DNA from: Myxococcales bacterium
GTDB taxonomy: Bacteria; Myxococcota_A; Polyangia; Polyangiales; DASUME01
NCBI GenBank assembly: GCA_047601445.1
Contig: JASGJH010000001.1
Location: forward strand, 2,400,001-2,464,000
Direction of reading: 5' to 3'
Length of the DNA: 64,000 bases
Shown here: piece by piece, positions 59,603 to 64,000 of the stretch
How the letters are laid out: each line of letters starts with the position of its first letter
Numbering within the stretch: the first letter of the stretch is position 1
The notes under the pieces: model-generated
What the model saw: only the letters and a program-made list of their open reading frames with translations
Databases searched by the model: none
What the model was told of the DNA's origin: nothing
Made by a program: the position numbers and the translations under genes

Positions 59603-60349
59603 ATGCCCATCCACTTTCAAAACTTGCACAAGCGATTCGGCGACAAGCACGTCTTGCGCGGCGTGGACATCGAGGTCCGCGACGGCGAGTGCTTCTTCGT
59701 CATCGGCGCGAGCGGCGTGGGCAAGAGCGTGCTCATCAAGCACCTGGTCGGCCTGCTGCGCCCGGACTCCGGGGACATCTTCCTGGACGGGACCGAGGTC
59801 TCCCGGCTGAGCGAGACCGAGTTCTACCCGGTGCGCATGCGCTGCGCGATGGTGTTCCAGCACTCCACGCTGTTCGACTCCATGAGTTGCGCCGAGAACG
59901 TCGCTCTCCCGCTGCGCATGCACAAGCGGCTCAGCATGGACAAGGCCATGGTGGAGGCCGAGCGCCGGCTCGACCAGGTCCACATGCTCGACTTCGCCAA
60001 GGCGTTCCCCGCCGAGCTCGGCGACGGCATGCGCAAGCGCGTCGCCATCGCCCGCGCCCTCACGCTCGACCCCCGCTACGTGCTGTTCGACGAGCCCACC
60101 ACCTCGCTCGACCCCATCTCAGCGCGCCGTGTCGACAAGCTCATCTACGAGCTCTCGCGCGAGCTCGGCGTAACCTCCATCGTGGTCAGCCACGACCTCA
60201 CCAGCATTTTCAGCATCGCCGATCGCATCGCGATGCTGTACCAGGGCCACGTGCGGATGCTGGGTACGCAAGACGACTTCCGGCAAACGGTCGATCCCAT
60301 CGTTCGCCAGTTCATCACCGGCCAGGCCGAAGGGCCCATGGAGGTATGA
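59603..60349 (+). CDS. mlaF: MlaF ABC ATPase, second copy
   Basis: GASGVGKS, FDEPTT, VSHD; signature LGDGM. Confidence 0.9.
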   Translation: MPIHFQNLHKRFGDKHVLRGVDIEVRDGECFFVIGASGVGKSVLIKHLVGLLRPDSGDIFLDGTEVSRLSETEFYPVRMRCAMVFQHSTLFDSMSCAENVALPLRMHKRLSMDKAMVEAERRLDQVHMLDFAKAFPAELGDGMRKRVAIARALTLDPRYVLFDEPTTSLDPISARRVDKLIYELSRELGVTSIVVSHDLTSIFSIADRIAMLYQGHVRMLGTQDDFRQTVDPIVRQFITGQAEGPMEV

Positions 60350-60412
60350 ACATGCGCGCGAACGCCAACTTGAACGGTTTTGGTCTTAAGCAGCTCCAGA
60401 GAGGGGTGTGAC

Positions 60413-61400
60413 GTGAAGGGCTTTTCATTAGAGGTCAAAGTCGGCCTGCTCCTGTTGGCAGCACTGCTGCTGATGGGCGGGTTCCTGTTCGCGCTGGGAG
60501 GCATCGACCTCAAGGGCGGCTACAGCGTGTACGTGGACTTCAACAACCCGGGCGGCCTCAAGCCCGGCGCCGCGGTCCGCATCGCGGGCGTGCGCGTGGG
60601 CACGGTGGAGAAGAGCGTTTACCTCGGTGGCAAGCTCGACCCCAAGACCGGCCGTCGACCGCTGGTGCGCGTCGAGCTGAAGATCGACAACGAGGTCAAG
60701 GACACCATCCACGAGGACGCGCTGTTCTACGTGACCTCCTCGGGCGTGCTCGGTGAGCCCTTCATGGCCATCGACCCCGGCTCGGCCACCAAGGGCATCC
60801 TGGCCGAAGGCAGCATCAACCGCGGCCTCGATCCACCCCGTCTCGAATCTGGCTCTGGCCATGGGTTACGAGCTGCTCGAGACCATGGTGGAAGCCGTGC
60901 GCAACAACAAGGAAGAGATTGCCGGTCTCTTGCACGACACGAGCGGCCTGCTCAAGGGCCTCAACAACGTCATCGGCAAGAACGAGCAGAAGTTCCACAA
61001 CATCATCGCCAACGTGGAGACAGCCTCCGACGAAGGCACGCAGTTGATCAAGGGCGTGCGCACGAACTACGTGGATAGCCCCCAGATCAAGCGCATCGTG
61101 AACAACATCGACAAGACCATGGCCGAGACGTCCCCCCTCGTGAAGGAGGTCCGCACCACGGTGTCCGACGTGCTCGGACCGGAGCAGCGCGAGAAGCTCA
61201 AGTCCACCATCAGCGACGCCTCCATCTTGGCCGACCGCGCCAAGGTCACTCTGTCCGATGCACAGGCCATCATGACCCACATGAAGCGCGGCGAAGGCAC
61301 GGTCGGCGGCCTGCTGATGGACGAAGAGATCTACGACGACGTCCAGGAAATGTTGCGCGACCTCAAGCACAACCCCTGGAAGCTGTTCTGGCGCGAGTGA
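60413..61400 (+). CDS. mlaD: MlaD/MCE protein (+1 frameshift 60846)
   Basis: EVKVG, GGLKPGAAVRIAGVRVG, GVLGE; GEGTVGGL...DLKHNPWK in the second frame. Confidence 0.9.
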
Positions 61401-61407
61401 TGTGACG

Positions 61408-61438
61408 GACCGACGCGGCTCTCCCCGCCGCGTCGGTC
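61408..61438 (+). terminator. GC-rich hairpin after the mla operon
   Basis: 12-bp stem gaccgacgcggc/gccgcgtcggtc; no U tract. Confidence 0.5.
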
Positions 61439-61757
61439 GCCGCGCGCCGACCAGGCCCTCCCTCTGGCCCGTCGGCAGCCTTCGGCGCGTTCCCTACTCC
61501 CTCAAGCTCAACCTGAACTTTTGGCGCGGGCCCCGGCGAGTCAGCCTGCCGGGGTACGTGGTCAAACGTACGTTTGCCGGCATGTCGGCGCGTTCCAGGC
61601 TTGCAATTGATCGCAAAAAGACGGCAAATGCGGGGATTCGCACGTCCTGGGCAAGCGCCCACGTGTAGGGCCAAAGACTGTGTAAACCCGCTTCGCCCCC
61701 GCTCAGATTTGCTCAGAAAAAGTGAGCAGTTTCATGTCATTAGGCCAGCCCCCGCCG

Positions 61758-61786
61758 TTGACATGCGGACACCACCACGATAGTTT
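61758..61786 (+). promoter_or_regulatory. Near-consensus sigma70 promoter
   Basis: TTGACA-N17-TAGTTT. Confidence 0.7.
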
Positions 61787-61894
61787 TGAATCACCGTGGG
61801 AGGCGTTGCGGGCACGGATCGAAGGCCGTGCTTGGACGTCGTGACGACTTAACGCTTTCGCCTACTACGGAGAACGTCGATGCACGGAGCACCC

Positions 61895-62683
61895 ATGGAA
61901 GACCGCAAGGAGTCCTCTGTTCTCTTCAACCTCAAGGAGCTGATGAGCCTTGAGGACGACCGCATCAAGAGCGAAGAGGACCAAAAGAGGCGCGCTGCTG
62001 AGGAAGCGCGCCGTCGTGAAGAGGAGACTCGGCGTGCAGCCGAGGAGGCCGAGAGGGCCAAGATCCGGCGGGCCGAAGAGGAGAAGCTCGCGGCAGAGCG
62101 CAGGGTGCGCGAGGAAGAAGCGCGCCGACTCGGCATCATCGAGGCCGAGAAGGAAAAGGCCCGTCTCGAAGCCGAGGCACGCGCCCGTCAGGAGGAGCAG
62201 GAGCGCATGCTGGCCCACCAGCGTGAGCTCGAGCGCATGCAGCTCGAGAAGCAGAAGGGCATGTCCCCTGCCGTGATCGGCGCCATCGTGGCGCTCTTGG
62301 TCGCAGTCGGCGCGGGCGGCTACTTCGGCGTCATCAAGCCCGAGCAGGAGCGCTCGGCCAAGGCCAAGGAAGCGGCCGAAGCCATGGCGGCAGCCACCAA
62401 GGCAGAAGCCGACGCGCAGGCGGCGGCCCAGGCAGCGGAGCTCCAGAAGGCCAGAGACGATGCCCGCAAGCTGGCGACGGAGAAGGCCGAGGCCCAGGCT
62501 CTGGCCGACGCGGCACGCAGCAAGCCGAGCGAGCCCAAGGCTGCCCCGAGCGGCGGTGGCGGCGAGACCCGCAGCCGTCCCAAGAGCAGCGGTGGCGGCG
62601 GCAAGGCCAAGAGCGGTGGCGGCGGTGGTGGCGGCGGCGGCGGCGGTGGCTGCGACCCGAACGACCCGTTGTGCGGTCTCTGA
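61895..62683 (+). CDS. Coiled-coil bitopic membrane protein
   Basis: ESSVLFNLKELM, E/R/K-rich helix, TM, Gly linker, CDPNDPLCGL. Alternative start at 61880. Confidence 0.8.
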   Translation: MEDRKESSVLFNLKELMSLEDDRIKSEEDQKRRAAEEARRREEETRRAAEEAERAKIRRAEEEKLAAERRVREEEARRLGIIEAEKEKARLEAEARARQEEQERMLAHQRELERMQLEKQKGMSPAVIGAIVALLVAVGAGGYFGVIKPEQERSAKAKEAAEAMAAATKAEADAQAAAQAAELQKARDDARKLATEKAEAQALADAARSKPSEPKAAPSGGGGETRSRPKSSGGGGKAKSGGGGGGGGGGGGCDPNDPLCGL

Positions 62684-62707
62684 TCAGCTGAGCTGACCGA
62701 GCATCGG

Positions 62708-62738
62708 AAGGGCCGCGCGCGAAAGCCGCGGCCTTTTT
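62708..62738 (+). terminator. Intrinsic terminator
   Basis: ggccgcg...GAAA...cgcggcc followed by TTTTT. Confidence 0.75.
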
Positions 62739-62777
62739 GCTTTGCTCGCGGGACGTGCGGCGAGTACGCAGCCGGCC

Positions 62778-63503
62778 ATGAAGCGTCTCATCTGTGGCCC
62801 GCGCGCGGTGACCGAGGCCCTGCGGGCCCAGCCGGGCGAGATCTCCGTGGTGTACCTGGCGGAGGATCCGCGGCGCGAGCTCAAAGAGGTGCTCGAGCTG
62901 GCCAAGAAGCGCAGCGTGGCCTTCGAGTTTCGCGAGCCGCCGGAGCTGGAGCTCCTGGCGCGCGGGGAGCGACACCAAGGCGTGCTCGCCATCGGCGGGA
63001 GCTACTCCTATTTGAGCTTCGAGGAGCTGCTGGAGAAGCTGCCCGAGCGCGCGCTTGTGGTGGCGCTCGACGAGATCACGGACCCTCACAACTTCGGAGC
63101 CATCGTGCGCAGCGCGGTAGCGTTCGGTGCGCACGGCATCGTGACGCTGAAGCATCGCGCAGCGCCCGTGACGCCGGTGGTGGTGCGCGCCTCCGCGGGG
63201 GCAACCGAGCACGCGCGCATCGCGCGGGTGGCCAACCTGGTGCAAGCGCTGGATGCGCTGCGAGAACGGGGCTTCTCGGTGATCGGGCTGGCCGTGGAGG
63301 GCGCCCAGGACTTGCCCAAGCTGCGCGACGACGGGGCGAGCCGCGTATTGGTGGTGGGGTCGGAGGGACGTGGGTTGAGACGCCTGGTGCGCGAACACTG
63401 CACCGAGCTGGTGCGCATTCCCATGGCGGGTCCCATCGAGTCGCTCAACGCTTCGGTGGCCGCAGCGGTCGCGCTCTACGCCCTCACTAGCACGGGCTCT
63501 TGA
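62778..63503 (+). CDS. rlmB: 23S rRNA Gm2251 methyltransferase (TrmH family)
   Basis: HQGV, DPHNFGAIVRS, GSEGRG, IPMAG, ESLNASVA. Confidence 0.9.
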   Translation: MKRLICGPRAVTEALRAQPGEISVVYLAEDPRRELKEVLELAKKRSVAFEFREPPELELLARGERHQGVLAIGGSYSYLSFEELLEKLPERALVVALDEITDPHNFGAIVRSAVAFGAHGIVTLKHRAAPVTPVVVRASAGATEHARIARVANLVQALDALRERGFSVIGLAVEGAQDLPKLRDDGASRVLVVGSEGRGLRRLVREHCTELVRIPMAGPIESLNASVAAAVALYALTSTGS

Positions 63504-63679
63504 GCCGGCGTCGCTCGCCTCGCGGCGGACGGCGCTGTTTTCGCGGGCGACGCACGCACCGGCAGCCCCGCGCCGACGCGGGGACCGAGCTCCATGTGCG
63601 ATAGAGCATACCGTGTTGGGCACACTGGTCGCTGGGATACGATCGCCGCTTAGTCCAGCTCTGGTGGCGCGGCCCAGCG

Positions 63680-64000
63680 ATGCAATTCGACAAACTCTTC
63701 CAACTCCTCGAACGAAGTGATGTGAAGGAGCTCGCCCTGCAGAGCGAGCGCCCGCCGTGCGCGCTGATCGGCGAGCAGTACGCGCCCGTCGTGAAGCGCA
63801 ACTTCTCCGAAGAAGACGTGATCGGCGCGCTCGTGGCGGCCGGCGGACGAGCCGAGGTGATAAGCCTGATCGAAGGCCAGCGACGCTGGGAGTACCAGCA
63901 CCCGACCCTGGGGCTGATCCGCGTCACGGCGGGCTATCACGGCGACAAACTGCAGGCGCGCTTCAAGCTGCTGGTTCCTGCGGAGGGTCGCAAGCCGCAG
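63680..64000 (+). CDS. Partial CDS resembling a PilT N-terminal domain; runs off window
   Basis: Manual translation MQFDKLFQLLERSDVKELALQSERPP... is open to the window end. Confidence 0.55.
   Translation, partial: MQFDKLFQLLERSDVKELALQSERPPCALIGEQYAPVVKRNFSEEDVIGALVAAGGRAEVISLIEGQRRWEYQHPTLGLIRVTAGYHGDKLQARFKLLVPAEGRKPQ

Noticed and set aside
63650..63940. 96-aa minus-strand ORF
   Set aside because: The plus-strand frame from 63680 is more protein-like and has better codon usage.

Overview
GC-rich, gene-dense core-chromosome segment, most likely from a myxobacterium (Myxococcota, Polyangia-like). The assignment is inferred from FHA, GYF_2, AgmX-type, pseudokinase and Cys-rich lipoprotein content. 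About 60 CDS are supportable. Housekeeping genes: trpC/trpG, hisBHAF, manC/algC, gyrA, pgi, lon, gpsA, a DeaD-like helicase, rlmB and fadH. Envelope and signalling modules: an atypical cytochrome c/SH3-barrel/DUF4266/DUF3570 operon with ApbE-type flavinylation motifs; an imelysin-DHOR-imelysin-HTTM (carboxylase-like) operon behind a Fur-like box; a 2xMlaF/2xMlaE/MlaD operon plus a separate MlaD with a likely C-terminal beta-barrel; a pseudokinase-GYF-AgmX protein next to an orphan YscJ/FliF-like protein; and an atypical Hsp70/J-protein pair. I saw no rRNA, tRNA, CRISPR or mobile element. Eight genes carry single-base frameshifts. Six of these are +1 insertions at AGATC/GATCT sites, which suggests long-read errors at a methylated motif rather than pseudogenes. 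Non-coding signals include a 28-bp alternating purine/pyrimidine tract upstream of gyrA, many apparent leaderless starts, a tandem TetR operator and a structured 5' leader. All assignments come from motif recognition by eye; no database searches were run.
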